Shown here piece after piece: positions 9,848 to 20,390 of a DNA stretch of 64,000 bases. The translations under genes were made by a program, and so were the position numbers. Position 1 is the first letter of the stretch; each line of letters opens with the position of its first letter. The notes beneath the pieces are model-generated. The model was not told where the DNA came from. It did not search any database and worked only from the letters and a program-made list of their open reading frames with translations. This stretch comes from an uncultured Actinomycetota bacterium (GTDB lineage: Bacteria; Actinomycetota; Actinomycetes; Propionibacteriales; Nocardioidaceae), in NCBI GenBank assembly GCA_963812235.1, contig CAWEUP010000022.1, positions 50,925-114,924 on the forward strand, written 5' to 3'.

Positions 9848-10634
9848 CCAGCTGCTGAGCCATTCGCTGCAGCCGGCCTCGACCTTCACCGTCGCCAGGG
9901 GGTCACCTCGGGTGGCTCCGCGGTTGACGATCACCACCGGCAGGCCGGCCTTCGCGGCGTACCGCACGAACCGCAGGCCCGACATCACGCTCAACGAGGA
10001 GCCGGCGACCAGCAGGGCGTCGGCACTCTCGAGTGCGGCGTAGCAGCGCTCGACCCGATCCTTGGGCACGTTCTCGCCGAAGAAGACCACGTGCGGTTTG
10101 AGCCGCCCGCCGCACGCGGTGCAGTCGGGTACGACGAACCCCCGCGTCTCCTCGAGATCGACGTCGCCGTCCGGACGATCCGCCACGAGGGGGTGCTGCC
10201 CCAGCCACCCGGGGTTGGCCTCGCTGAGCGAGGCGCTGCATGAGCACCCGGTCCGTGCGCGCGCCGCAGTCCAGGCACAGCACCTCGCTGACGCGTCCGT
10301 GCAGGGCCACCATCTGCCGGTGGCCGGCGCGTTCGTGGAGTCCGTCGACGTTCTGGGTGATCAGGAACGAGACCCGGCCGTCGGTCTCGAGCCGGGCGAG
10401 AGCGCGGTGACCTCGGTTCGGCTCGGCGGTGCCCATGCGCGACCAGCCGACGTGCGCACGAGCCCAGTAGCGGCGCCTGCTCTCGGGAGTGGCGAGGAAC
10501 TCCTGGAACGTCATCGGTGTGCGAGCCGGTGCGCCGGGACCGCGGTAGTCGGGGATGCCCGAGTCGGTGCTCAGCCCGGCGCCGGTCAGCGCGACCACCC
10601 GGCCACTGAGCAGCCTCAGGGGCAGCTCATCCAC
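9785..10634 (-). CDS. cobB: Sir2-family NAD-dependent deacylase, frameshifted
   Basis: GAGLSTDSGIPDYR, TQNVDGLH, LKPHVVFFGE, GSSL across two frames. Confidence 0.9.
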
Positions 10635-10899
10635 GTGCGTACCGCACCTCGGCGCGGGCCCTGGCCTTGGCGGCCTCCTCCTCGCGGTTCTTGGGTGGGG
10701 CGTGGGTGCTCAGCCCCTCCAGCAGTCGCCGGGTGGCGAGCTCGACCTCCGCCACGGCCTGGTCGAAGACCGGCTGGTTGGCCAGCGACGGCTTGGTGGC
10801 GCCGCTGATCTTCCGGACGTACTGCACGGCGGCGGCGTGGACCTCGTCACCGGTGGCAGGTGGCTCGAAGTTGTGCAGGGTGCGGATGTTTCGGCACAT
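10627..10899 (-). CDS. DUF2277 family protein
   Basis: MCRNIRTLHNFEPPAT..QYVRKISG signature. Confidence 0.85.
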   Translation of the reverse strand: MCRNIRTLHNFEPPATGDEVHAAAVQYVRKISGATKPSLANQPVFDQAVAEVELATRRLLEGLSTHAPPKNREEEAAKARARAEVRYARG

Positions 10900-10972
10900 G
10901 CGTCGAGAGTACGTCGTGGGCCACAAGGCAGGATGAGTCCTCCACCGCACCCCCAGGAAGAGGCTCACACCC

Positions 10973-12147
10973 GTGGACACATCTGCACGCGACCACGACA
11001 TCGTGGTCTTCGGCGCCACCGGCTTCACCGGTGAGCTGACGGCTGCCTATCTGGCCGAGCACGCACCGACGGGCCTGCGTTGGGCGCTCGCGGGCCGCAA
11101 CCCGGCCAAGCTCGAGGCTGTCCGCTCGCGGCTCGCCCAGATCGACCCGGCACTCTCGGAGCTGCCGCTGCTGACCGCGGACAGCTCGGACGCGGCGTCC
11201 CTGACCGCGATCGCGGAGTCCGCCCGGGTCGTGATCACCACCGTCGGGCCCTACCTCGAGCACGGAGAGCCGTTGGTCGCGGCCTGCGCGGCGGCGGGAA
11301 CCGACTATGTCGACCTCACCGGCGAGCCTGAGTTCGTCGACCGGATGTACCTCGCGCACCACGACGCGGCGGTGGCCTCGGGAGCCAGGATCGTGCACAC
11401 CTGCGGCTTCGACTCGATCCCGCACGACCTCGGCGCCTGGTTCACCGTCCAGCAGCTCGGCTCCAGCGACCCGATCACCCTGCGCGGCGTGGTGCGGGCC
11501 AGCGGCGTCGCCTCAGGAGGGACCTTCCACTCGGCGATGGGCGCGATGAGCAGGGCCGGAGCAGATGCGTCAGGCGATGAGCTGCCCGGCGCGCCAAGGA
11601 GGGCCGACCGGTCGGCCGCTCGTCGCGGGCCGTCGCCGGCAAGCCGCACCGCGACCGCACTCTCGGGCTGTGGCTGCTTCCGCTGCCGACCATCGACCCG
11701 GCCGTGGTGGCCCGGTCGGGAGCCGCGCTGGACTCCTACGGGCCGGAGTTCCGCTACAGCCACTACGCGGGGCTCAAGACGCTGCGCTACACCGTCGGAG
11801 GTGCGGCGGCGGTGTCCGGGCTGCTGGTGGCGGCCCAGATCAGACCGGTCCGGAACCTCCTCAAGGCCAAGGTCCCCCAGGGACAGGGCCCCTCGCAGAG
11901 GCGACGCGAGAAGTCCTGGTTCACCGTCGACTTCGTCGGCGAGAGCGGCGGCCGTACGGCGCGCACCCGGGTCTCGGGTGGCGATCCGGGCTACGACGAG
12001 ACCGCGAAGATGCTGGCCGAGTCGGCCCTGTGCCTGGCGTTCGACGAGAATCCGTCGACGGCCGGTCAGGTGACTCCGGCCACCGCGATGGCCGAGAAGC
12101 TGACCGCACGCCTGCAGCGGGCAGGCATGCGGTTCGAGAGCCTCTGA
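10973..12147 (+). CDS. Saccharopine dehydrogenase-like / trans-acting enoyl reductase, frameshifted
   Basis: GATGFTG, TTVGPY, YVDLTGE, CGFDSIP, GGDPGYDETAKM. Confidence 0.88.
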
Positions 12148-12168
12148 CCGGACCGCCGACGTCTCGGC

Positions 12169-12841
12169 CTAGGAGCCCCGCTGGGTCGGAACCTGGGCGT
12201 CGCTCTGCCGCGAGGTCGTCGCCACACCCCCGGCGCGGGTCGCGTGCTCCGAGGTGGAGCCGACCTCGCCGCCCGAGGTCGGCGACCCGGACCCGGACGC
12301 CGCCCACGGTGCCGACGCCGCGCTCTGCCCCAGGGCGTCGCGCACGGCCCGATCAGCCGCCCGGCGCTCGGCCTCGGCCGAGGCCAGCGCCCGGGCCGTC
12401 CGTGCTCGGGCAGCGGTCGCGGCCGCCTTCTGGGCCGCGGCCGTGACCGCAGCAGCGGTCGTGATCACCGCTGCGGCAGCCTGATCGGCCTCGGCCTCCA
12501 GGGCGACCGCCATCGACTCCGTGGAGCTCACCCCGCTCGCCTCCTCGGTGTCGGGCCAGGCGTGGGACTCGGCGCTCACGGTGAGCGACCTCGTTCCGGA
12601 CGACGGGTCGTCCTCGCCTTCCTCCACCGAAGCGCGCTCCGGGTGCTGGCTCTCGTGCTCGCCGGTCATGATGGCGAGGACATCAGAGCGCAGGTAGCGC
12701 CGATGTCCTCCTGGCGTGCGGATCGCATCGAGCTTCCCCGCACGGGCCCATCGGGTCACGGTCTTCGGATCGACGAACAGGATCGCGGCCACTTCAGCCG
12801 GCGTCAGTAGTTGGTCGACCGCCATTGGTTGCATCTTCATG
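12169..12841 (-). CDS. bldC: BldC-family MerR-like DNA-binding protein with long Ala-rich C-terminal extension
   Basis: LLTPAEVAAILFVDPKTVTRWARAGKLDAIRTPGGHRRY matches BldC; GGAGGAG RBS before ATG. Confidence 0.8.
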
Positions 12842-13006
12842 CTTTCTCCTCCCCCAAGAAGTTCAATGTGAGCATAGGGGGGAAACAAACCCTTTTGCCC
12901 GTTCGGAGACAAACGGCGGAAAAGTGGTGCCACGAGCGGGTGAAAAGCGGCCGCGAAAACCGGGGTTTCACGCTCAGCGCTGGTCTAGGGCAGCGACATG
13001 GCGGGG

Positions 13007-13079
13007 TGCCCCAGGCCAGAGTCGAACTGGCGACCTTTCGCTTAGGAGGCGGCTGCTCTATCCACTGAGCTACTGGGGC
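13007..13079 (-). tRNA. tRNA-Arg(CCT)
   Basis: GCCCCAG acceptor, D arm GCTC/GAGC, loop CTCCTAA, T arm GCCAG-TTCGACT-CTGGC. Confidence 0.9.
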
Positions 13080-13210
13080 GTGACCGTGGTCGGCGTACAT
13101 CTTGGCACGGAGGAATCCCCGGTCGCGGTACCGGGCACGTGCCATGATTTGGGGCGACCCGGGTCACATGATCACAATGGGGGGTCACTGTCCGAGATCG
13201 AAGGTCAACG

Positions 13211-14412
13211 TTGTCCGAAGAAGAGCCGCGCGCCGATGAGCCGCGCACCCCGGACAAGCAGACCCGCCGGCGCGTACGATCCTTCGTCGCGTGGGCATCG
13301 GGGTGCTGGTGCTGCTGCTGGTCGTGGCCGGGGCTTCTTCATCGTCGTGGAAGAAGCTCGAGGGCAACATCAACGCCGTGACGATCGACGTCGGCGAGGA
13401 TCGCCCCTCCCAGCCGAAGATCGAGGGTCCCAAGGCTCCGCTCAACGTGCTGCTGCTCGGCTCGGACAACCGCGACGGCACCAACATCGGCGGTGACACC
13501 CCGGGTCTGTCCGACACCACGATCCTGCTGCACCTCTCCGCGGACCGGAAGCGCGCCTACGGCGTCAGCCTGCCGCGCGATGCGATGGTGGAGCGTCCGG
13601 TCTGCCGGACCAAGAACGGCAAGAAGACGGTGCCTGGAGGGCTGACCCAGTTCAACGCCGCCTACGCGGTGGGTGGCCCCGCGTGCACGATCAAGACGGT
13701 CGAGAAGCTGACCGACATCCGGATCGACCACTTCGTGGTGATCAACTTCGCCGGCTTCAAGGACATGGTCAACGCGATCAACGGGGTCACCGTCTGCCTG
13801 CCCAAGGAGGTCAACGACGACATCGGCAAGATCTACCTGCCCGCGGGGACGTACAAGGTCAACGGCAACCAGGCGCTGGACTACGTCCGGGTCCGCAACG
13901 ACCTCGGCGCCCCGAACGGCGACATCGGACGGATGAAGCGCCAGCAGTCGTTCATCGCGGCGATGGTGGAGAAGGTCGTCTCCAAGGGGACGCTGGCCAA
14001 CCTGCCGCGGCTCTACCGGTTCCTGGACGCGGCCACCAAGTCGCTCACGACCGACTCCGGCTTCGCGAACCTCAAGGAGCTCGCCTCGCTGGGCAACTCC
14101 TTGAAGGACATCGGGCTCGACAACGTCCAGTTCATCACCGTCCCCAACCAGCCCTATCCGCCGGACCCGAACCGGCTCGAGTTCGCGCCCGACGCCGAGA
14201 TCGTGTGGCGCAAGATCCGCTTCGACAAGCCGCTGGGTCGGCTCGCGGCCGGGGCGGTGACGGCGGGGCGCAAGCCAGGAGAGACGCCGGGTGCGAAGCC
14301 GGACTCGGCCTCCTCCGAATCGCCGTCGGCGTCCGAGGGGCCCTCGCCGAGCGACAGCCGCGCCGAGGAGCAGCGTCGCCAGGCGGCCGCCGAGGCTGGA
14401 CTGTGCACGTGA
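13211..14412 (+). CDS. LytR-CpsA-Psr (LCP) family protein; 5' end probably frameshifted
   Basis: NVLLLGSDNR, SDTTILLHL, SLPRD, ALDYVRVR, DIGRMKRQQ. Confidence 0.9.
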
Positions 14413-14458
14413 GGTCCAGTGCGCGTCCGACTTGCCGTTCTCGTTGCGTTATCGGAGT

Positions 14459-15382
14459 ATGGCAAACGTGAGGACTGTCCTGACCGGTGGCAGCGGCGTG
14501 CTCGGCCGCGCCTCGGTGTCGGCTCTTCTCGCTGCCGGACACGACGTCGCGGTCGTCACCCGATCTGCGGCCGCCGCGCTCACCGTCGAGAACCTCGGCG
14601 CGACCTCCGTGCGCGGCAACGTGCTCGACGTGGACAGCCTGATCTCCGCCTACCAGGGTGCTGACGCCGTCATCAACCTGGCCACGAAGATGCCGGTCGG
14701 TCACTATGCGCTGCTGCCAGGGGCGTGGCGACGCAACGACCGGCTGCACACGACGGGGGTGGCCAACGTGGTCGAGGCGGCCCGTCAGGCCGGTGTCCGC
14801 CGCGTGGTCCAGGAGAGCGTCAGCGTCCTGTACGCCGCCCAGGCCGACGAGTGGATCACCGAGCAGAGCCCGGTGCACATCAGCCCGATGACCGAGCCTG
14901 CCGCCGTGGGGGAGTCGCTGGTCCAGGACTACTCGTGCGGCTCCCGGACCGGGGTGGTGCTGCGGTTCGGCACGATCGTCGGAGACGACCCGCAGACCCG
15001 CTTCTGGCTCTCCAACGTCGCCAGCGGCCGGGCCGTGGGGATCGGGCATCCGGCCGACTGGGCCCACGTCGTGCACACCGACGACCTCGGCTGCGCGGTG
15101 CTGTGTGCTCTGGTCGCGCCCACGGGGGTCTACAACGTCGGCGCCGAGCCGGTGCAGCGACACGACCTGGTGCAGGGCTACGCCGACGCGGCGAAGGTCG
15201 AGTCGGGAGCGTTCCTGGGAGCCTGGGGCCGCTGGTTGACCGGACCTCGCCTGGAGCCGCTGGCCCGCTCGCTGCGGGTCAGCTCGGACCACTTCGCCGC
15301 CCAGACGGGTTGGCGCGCCACCAGGCCCAAGTTCGAGGCCGGCTGGCTGGACCAGGCTCGCCTGCGCGTCGCGAGCCGATGA
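14459..15382 (+). CDS. NAD-dependent epimerase/dehydratase family protein
   Basis: VLTGGSGVLG Rossmann motif, DAVINLA, GVYNV. Confidence 0.85.
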   Translation: MANVRTVLTGGSGVLGRASVSALLAAGHDVAVVTRSAAAALTVENLGATSVRGNVLDVDSLISAYQGADAVINLATKMPVGHYALLPGAWRRNDRLHTTGVANVVEAARQAGVRRVVQESVSVLYAAQADEWITEQSPVHISPMTEPAAVGESLVQDYSCGSRTGVVLRFGTIVGDDPQTRFWLSNVASGRAVGIGHPADWAHVVHTDDLGCAVLCALVAPTGVYNVGAEPVQRHDLVQGYADAAKVESGAFLGAWGRWLTGPRLEPLARSLRVSSDHFAAQTGWRATRPKFEAGWLDQARLRVASR

Positions 15383-15558
15383 CCGCCCCACCGACCCCCG
15401 AGGAGCGGGAGCGGCGTCGTCGTCTCGCCGAGATCTTCGGCGAGGTGCTGCCGGAGCAGACCGGTGACGACCGTCCCGAACCCGAGGCCCGATCAGGTGG
15501 CGGCGAGGACGCGGGCGAGGAATGGCTGCGGCAGCAGGTGCCGCCTCACCACGGGTGA
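15379..15558 (+). CDS. Small conserved actinobacterial hypothetical protein
   Basis: IFGEVLPEQT...WLRQQVPPHHG; ATGA-coupled to the upstream gene. Confidence 0.7.
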   Translation: MTAPPTPEERERRRRLAEIFGEVLPEQTGDDRPEPEARSGGGEDAGEEWLRQQVPPHHG

Positions 15559-15562
15559 CGGC

Positions 15563-15916
15563 TCAGGGCTGTCCCTGTCGGCTCGCCAACAGGTCTCGGA
15601 TCTCACGGAGCAGCGCCACGTCCGCGGGCGTGCCGGGGGGCTCGGGCGGGAAGAACTTGTCCCGCGCCCGGGTGTAGGGGATCACCACGAAGAAGTACAC
15701 GACCGCAGCCAGCAGCAGGAACGAGATCGTGGCGTTGACGAAGTTGCCGAACGACTGACTCTCGGTGCTGAAGTAGGACTGGGTGTCGCTCGGCATCAGC
15801 CCGGTCAGCCACTCGGTGAAGGTCTTGACGACGGACCCGAACGCGGTGCCGATGATGACGGCGACGGCGAGGTCGACCAGGTTTCCCCGAAGGATGAAGT
15901 TACGAAAACCGCTCAT
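15563..15916 (-). CDS. mscL: Large-conductance mechanosensitive channel
   Basis: FILRGNLVDLAVAVIIGTAF...LLREIRDLL. Confidence 0.95.
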   Translation of the reverse strand: MSGFRNFILRGNLVDLAVAVIIGTAFGSVVKTFTEWLTGLMPSDTQSYFSTESQSFGNFVNATISFLLLAAVVYFFVVIPYTRARDKFFPPEPPGTPADVALLREIRDLLASRQGQP

Positions 15917-15925
15917 TCCGCAAAG

Positions 15926-16564
15926 TTATCGGTCCCACACCGGGATCAGGATGGAGGTGGCGGCCGAAGCTGCCACCGCGCCGGCGTCCTGTCGGGGCAC
16001 TGCGACCACCACGATGCGTCCTGGGACGCCGGTGTCCAGACCCTCGGCGGCGGCCGGGACGGCGACGACGGGTGCGTCCTCGAGCAGCACCCGCGGTGCA
16101 GTGCGGCCCTCGGGATCGGCGACGACGAAGCTGGCGCGATCGCCGACCCGCAGCAGCTCGGCCACGGCAGCGTCGGTGACGCGGAGCGGCACCGCCGTCC
16201 TGCCGGGGTAGCCGCGCATCAGCCCGCTCGCCACCAGCCGCAGCCGGGTCACCGGCTCACCGCCCGCCATCGGGGCCGCGAGCGCCCGGCCCACCAGCTC
16301 GCGGGGGCTCCGGACCACGTGTCGGGGGACCGTGCCCGGAGCGAACCAGACCCGGGTCAGGTCGGCCTGCTCCAGAACGGTTCCACTGGGCAGGTCGTGT
16401 CGGGCGGTCCACACCGCGACTGTCCGGGGCGGAGGCGGCGACAGCACGGGCAGCGCGGCGAGCACCGCGCCTGCGGCGGTGAGGGCGGCCAGCGGACGTC
16501 GGTGCAGCAGCACCCGGCGGCGCAGCCGGTGCAGCGGGCGGAGGAAGGTGCGCAGTGGTCTCAT
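15926..16564 (-). CDS. SAF domain protein
   Basis: ARHDLPSGTVL...GEPVT SAF-like region; conserved position between mscL and fmdB. Confidence 0.8.
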   Translation of the reverse strand: MRPLRTFLRPLHRLRRRVLLHRRPLAALTAAGAVLAALPVLSPPPPRTVAVWTARHDLPSGTVLEQADLTRVWFAPGTVPRHVVRSPRELVGRALAAPMAGGEPVTRLRLVASGLMRGYPGRTAVPLRVTDAAVAELLRVGDRASFVVADPEGRTAPRVLLEDAPVVAVPAAAEGLDTGVPGRIVVVAVPRQDAGAVAASAATSILIPVWDR

Positions 16565-16636
16565 GACGCCCGAAGGTAGGACGATCAGCCGCGCGCCGTG
16601 CGCGTCATCCACAGGGCGTGGACGGAGAGGATGCGG

Positions 16637-16984
16637 TCAGGCCGGGGTGGGGGTGGAGGCGGCGCTGCTGGAGGACTTCTCCGAGCCCTTGGTGGAGCTC
16701 TCGGACTTCTTCTCCGTGCTCTTCGCGCCCCCGGCCTCACCGGAGCCGCCAGACCCGTTGCCGGACCCGTTGCTCGAGGAGGATCCAGCCGTGGCGCCGG
16801 ACTTCTGCTCACGGCTGTCGTTGCGGTAGAAGCCCGAGCCCTTGAACACCACACCGACCGCGTTGAACACCTTGCGCAGCCTGCCCTCGCACTCGGGGCA
16901 CATCGTCAGGGAGTCGTCGGAGAAGCTCTGGAAGGCCTCGAAGAAGTGGCCGCATTCGGTGCAGGAGTACTGGTACGTGGGCAC
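16637..16984 (-). CDS. FmdB-family zinc ribbon protein
   Basis: MPTYQYSCTECGH...CPEC...FKGSGFYRNDSR. Confidence 0.92.
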   Translation of the reverse strand: MPTYQYSCTECGHFFEAFQSFSDDSLTMCPECEGRLRKVFNAVGVVFKGSGFYRNDSREQKSGATAGSSSSNGSGNGSGGSGEAGGAKSTEKKSESSTKGSEKSSSSAASTPTPA

Positions 16985-17109
16985 GCTCTTCTGTCCTCCG
17001 GTGATCTCACGGACAAGGGATTGGCACTCGTCGTCGTCGACTGCCAATGCTACGGCACGATGCCAGGGCGCAGATCCGGGCCCGCGGAGCCGGTCCGGGC
17101 AGGGCCGGC

Positions 17110-17706
17110 TCAGCTCGGTCGGCCTCCCAGCCGGGTCACCGCGAGCTCGGTGGCCACCGCTCCCACCCGCCGGTCGTGCTCGTCGGACGGCACCGCGTCG
17201 AGGACCTCCTCGGAGTTGAGCAGCACACAGACGAAGGTCCCCTCGGGCACCCGCGCCAGGGCGCGGTCGTAGGAGCCACCTCCCCGGCCCAGTCGAGTGC
17301 CGTCGCGATCGGCCGCCAGCCCCGGGACGAGCACCACGTCCGCCGTGGCCAGCGCGGCAGGCCCCAGTGGCGGCGTCGCCGGCTCGAGCAGACCCCGACC
17401 CGCGGAGCGCAGGTCCTCCGGCCCGTCGTACGTCGCCCAGTCGAGGTCGTTGTCCGACTGCAGCAGCGGCAGGATGACCCGCTTGCCGGCGGACCTCAGC
17501 CGGTCCAGGAGCGGTCCGGTGCCGGGCTCGCTGGAGACCGAGACGTAGGCCGCGACGGTGGCTGCGCGCTGGACCTCGGGGGTCTGCATCAGGTGCTCGG
17601 CCGTCGCCCGCGCGCGCTCGCCCAGGACGGTGAGCGGAAGGTGTCGGCGTGCGGCGAGCAGCTGGTCGCGCAGAGCGAGCTTGGTGGTCGCTATGAACTC
17701 AGGCAC
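17110..17706 (-). CDS. 5-formyltetrahydrofolate cyclo-ligase
   Basis: VPGLAADRDGTRLGRGGGSYDRAL, HD motif. Confidence 0.93.
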   Translation of the reverse strand: MPEFIATTKLALRDQLLAARRHLPLTVLGERARATAEHLMQTPEVQRAATVAAYVSVSSEPGTGPLLDRLRSAGKRVILPLLQSDNDLDWATYDGPEDLRSAGRGLLEPATPPLGPAALATADVVLVPGLAADRDGTRLGRGGGSYDRALARVPEGTFVCVLLNSEEVLDAVPSDEHDRRVGAVATELAVTRLGGRPS

Positions 17707-17728
17707 CTGCTCAGCCTACGATCGATGC

Positions 17729-19114
17729 ATGACATCGAAGGGACTGCGTCAGGCGACCGAGAAGATGCAGGCCGCGGGCGTGAACGACCAGGCCATCCAG
17801 GTCTTCGCGCACTACTACCGCCAGATCGAGCACGGCGAGACCGGGATGATCCCCGAGGCCTCGATCGAGCCGCTCGACATGGACTCGCTCGCCGACGTCG
17901 AGGTGAGCGCGGAGGCCGCCTCCGACGCCATCGGGGCCACCGTCGTGATCAAGCTCAACGGCGGTCTGGGGACCTCGATGGGGATGGAGCGCGCCAAGTC
18001 GCTGCTGTGCGTGCGTCGAGGCCTCTCGTTCCTCGACGTGATCGCCCGCCAGGTGCTGCACCTGCGCCGCGAGTACGGCGCCACCCTTCCGCTGATCTTC
18101 ATGAACAGCTTCCGCACCTCGGCCGACACCCTCGCCGCGCTGGCGCGCTACGACGACCTCGCGGTCGAGGGGCTGCCGCTGGAGTTCCTGCAGAGCAAGG
18201 AGCCGAAGCTGCGCGTCGAGGACCTCAAGCCGGTCGGCTGGACTCGGGACCCCTCCATGGAGTGGTGTCCGCCCGGCCACGGCGACCTCTACCCGTCGCT
18301 GATCGCCACCGGCCTGATGGACCAGCTGATCGACGCCGGCTACCGCTACGCGTTCGTCTCGAACTCCGACAACCTCGGTGCCGTGCCGGACGCACGCGTG
18401 GCCGGCTGGTTCGCGGAGTCCGGCGCCCCGTTCGCGATCGAGGCCGTTCGCCGCACGAAGGGAGATCGCAAGGGCGGTCACTTCGCGCGCCGCAAGGCCG
18501 ACGGACGGATCGTCCTGCGCGAGACCGCCCAGACGGCCAAGGACGACCTCAAGGCCCTCGAGGACCTGGACCGGCACCGCTTCTGCTCCACCAACAACCT
18601 GTGGTTCGACCTGGAGCGGATGCGCCACGAGATGCGGCGTCGCGACGGCATCCTCGGCCTGCCCCTGATCCGCAACCAGAAGCACGTCGACCCGAACAAC
18701 CTGAAGAGCCCCGAGGTGATCCAGATCGAGACCGCCATGGGCGCTGCGATCGAGGTCTTCCCCGACTCCCTGACGATCGAGGTCGGCCGGGACCGGTTCG
18801 TGCCGGTGAAGACCACCAACGACCTGCTGGTGCTGCGCTCGGACGCCTACGAGCTCGGCACCGACTTCGTGCTCGACCAGGTCGCGTCCTCGTTGCCCTT
18901 CATCGACCTCGACGAGCACTACAAGGTCATCGACGACTTCGACAAGCGCTTCCCCACCGGGGTCCCGTCGCTCAAGGACGCCGAGTCGCTGGTCGTCTCA
19001 GGTGACTGGACCTTCGGCAAGAACGTTCGCGTCGTGGGTGCCGCCCGCCTCGAGGGCGACCACGGCCGGGTCGAGGAAGGCGCGGTCCTCGGCGAGGACG
19101 CTGCTGCGGATTAG
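17729..19114 (+). CDS. UTP--glucose-1-phosphate uridylyltransferase, eukaryote-like UDPGP family
   Basis: KLNGGLGTSMG..AKS, WCPPGHGD, SNSDNLGA, ETAMGAAI, RFVPVKTTNDL. Confidence 0.93.
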   Translation: MTSKGLRQATEKMQAAGVNDQAIQVFAHYYRQIEHGETGMIPEASIEPLDMDSLADVEVSAEAASDAIGATVVIKLNGGLGTSMGMERAKSLLCVRRGLSFLDVIARQVLHLRREYGATLPLIFMNSFRTSADTLAALARYDDLAVEGLPLEFLQSKEPKLRVEDLKPVGWTRDPSMEWCPPGHGDLYPSLIATGLMDQLIDAGYRYAFVSNSDNLGAVPDARVAGWFAESGAPFAIEAVRRTKGDRKGGHFARRKADGRIVLRETAQTAKDDLKALEDLDRHRFCSTNNLWFDLERMRHEMRRRDGILGLPLIRNQKHVDPNNLKSPEVIQIETAMGAAIEVFPDSLTIEVGRDRFVPVKTTNDLLVLRSDAYELGTDFVLDQVASSLPFIDLDEHYKVIDDFDKRFPTGVPSLKDAESLVVSGDWTFGKNVRVVGAARLEGDHGRVEEGAVLGEDAAAD

Positions 19115-19124
19115 GCTCCGCTCC

Positions 19125-20385
19125 ATGCCCTCCCTTCCGCCCTTGCCCCCCCAGCCGGGACTGCTGCCCGTCGAGGACTACCTGGAGCGGGTGCTGGAAC
19201 GGATCGAGCCGATGGCGCCGTTCGAGCATCCGCTGATGGATGCGATCGGGCTGCCGGTGGCCGAGGACCTGCACGCACCGGTCTCGCTGCCGCTGTTCGA
19301 CAACTCCGGCATGGACGGGTACGCCGTGTCCTTCCGCGACGTGGCCGACGCCACCGAGGAGCGGCCGGCCCACCTGCCGGTGGTCGGCGAGATCGCGGCC
19401 GGTCAGGCGACGATCTTCGCGCTGACCCCGGGGACCGCCGTACGCATCATGACCGGCGCGCCGACACCGGAGGGCTGCACCGCGGTGGTGCCGTTCGAGT
19501 GGGCCGAGGAGAACGAGCGCGAGGTCCTCGTCCGGCGCGCCCCCGAGAAGGGCCAGCACATCCGCTTCGCCGGCGAGGAGGTGCGCAAGGGCGACCTGCT
19601 GATGCGCCGCGGGGAGGTGATCGGGACCCGACAGGTGGGGCTGCTCGCCGCCGTGGGGCTGGGCCGGGTGCCGACGTCGCCGAGGCCGCGGGTGGTGGTG
19701 ATCTCGACCGGGTCCGAGCTGCGTGGAGCCGGGCAAGCCCCTGAGCCGCGACAGCATCTATGACTCCAACAGCTACCTGCTCGCCGCCGCCGTACGCGCG
19801 CACGGCGGGATCGCCTACCGGGTGGTCGCCACCTCCGACGACCCGGCCGAGTTCGCCGACACCCTCAGCGACCAGCTCGTCCGCGCCGACCTGGTGGTCA
19901 CCAGCGGTGGGGTCAGCAAGGGGACCCACGACGTGGTCAAGGAGGTGCTCAGCGGCCTGGGCACGGTGGACTTCGTCGAGGTGGCGATGCAGCCCGGCAA
20001 GCCGCAGGGCTTCGGGGTGGTCGGCGAGGACGAGACGCCCATCTTCACGCTGCCGGGCAACCCGGTCTCGGCGTACGTCTCCTTCGAGATGTTCGTGGCC
20101 CCCGCACTGCACAAGCTCACCGGCCGCGACCCGGTGCCACCCGTGCTGCGGACCGCGACCCTGCAGACGCCGCTGCGCTCCATGCGGGGCAAGCAGCAGC
20201 TGGTGCGCGCCAGCGTCCACCTGGGCGCCGACGGTGTGCGGGTCACGCCGGTGGGCGGCGTCGGCTCGCACCTGATCGCCGGGCTGGCTCAGGCGGACGC
20301 GCTGATCGTGCTGGCCGAGGGGGTCACCCACGTCGATCAAGGCGACCAGGTCCCGGTGCTGCTGCTCGACCGGCCGGCGAACTGA
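19125..20385 (+). CDS. moeA: Molybdopterin molybdotransferase MoeA, frameshift near 19725
   Basis: FDNSGMDGYAV, RIMTGAP, STGSEL, TSGGVS, QPGKPQG, LPGNPVS. Confidence 0.94.
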
Positions 20386-20390
20386 AGGGG

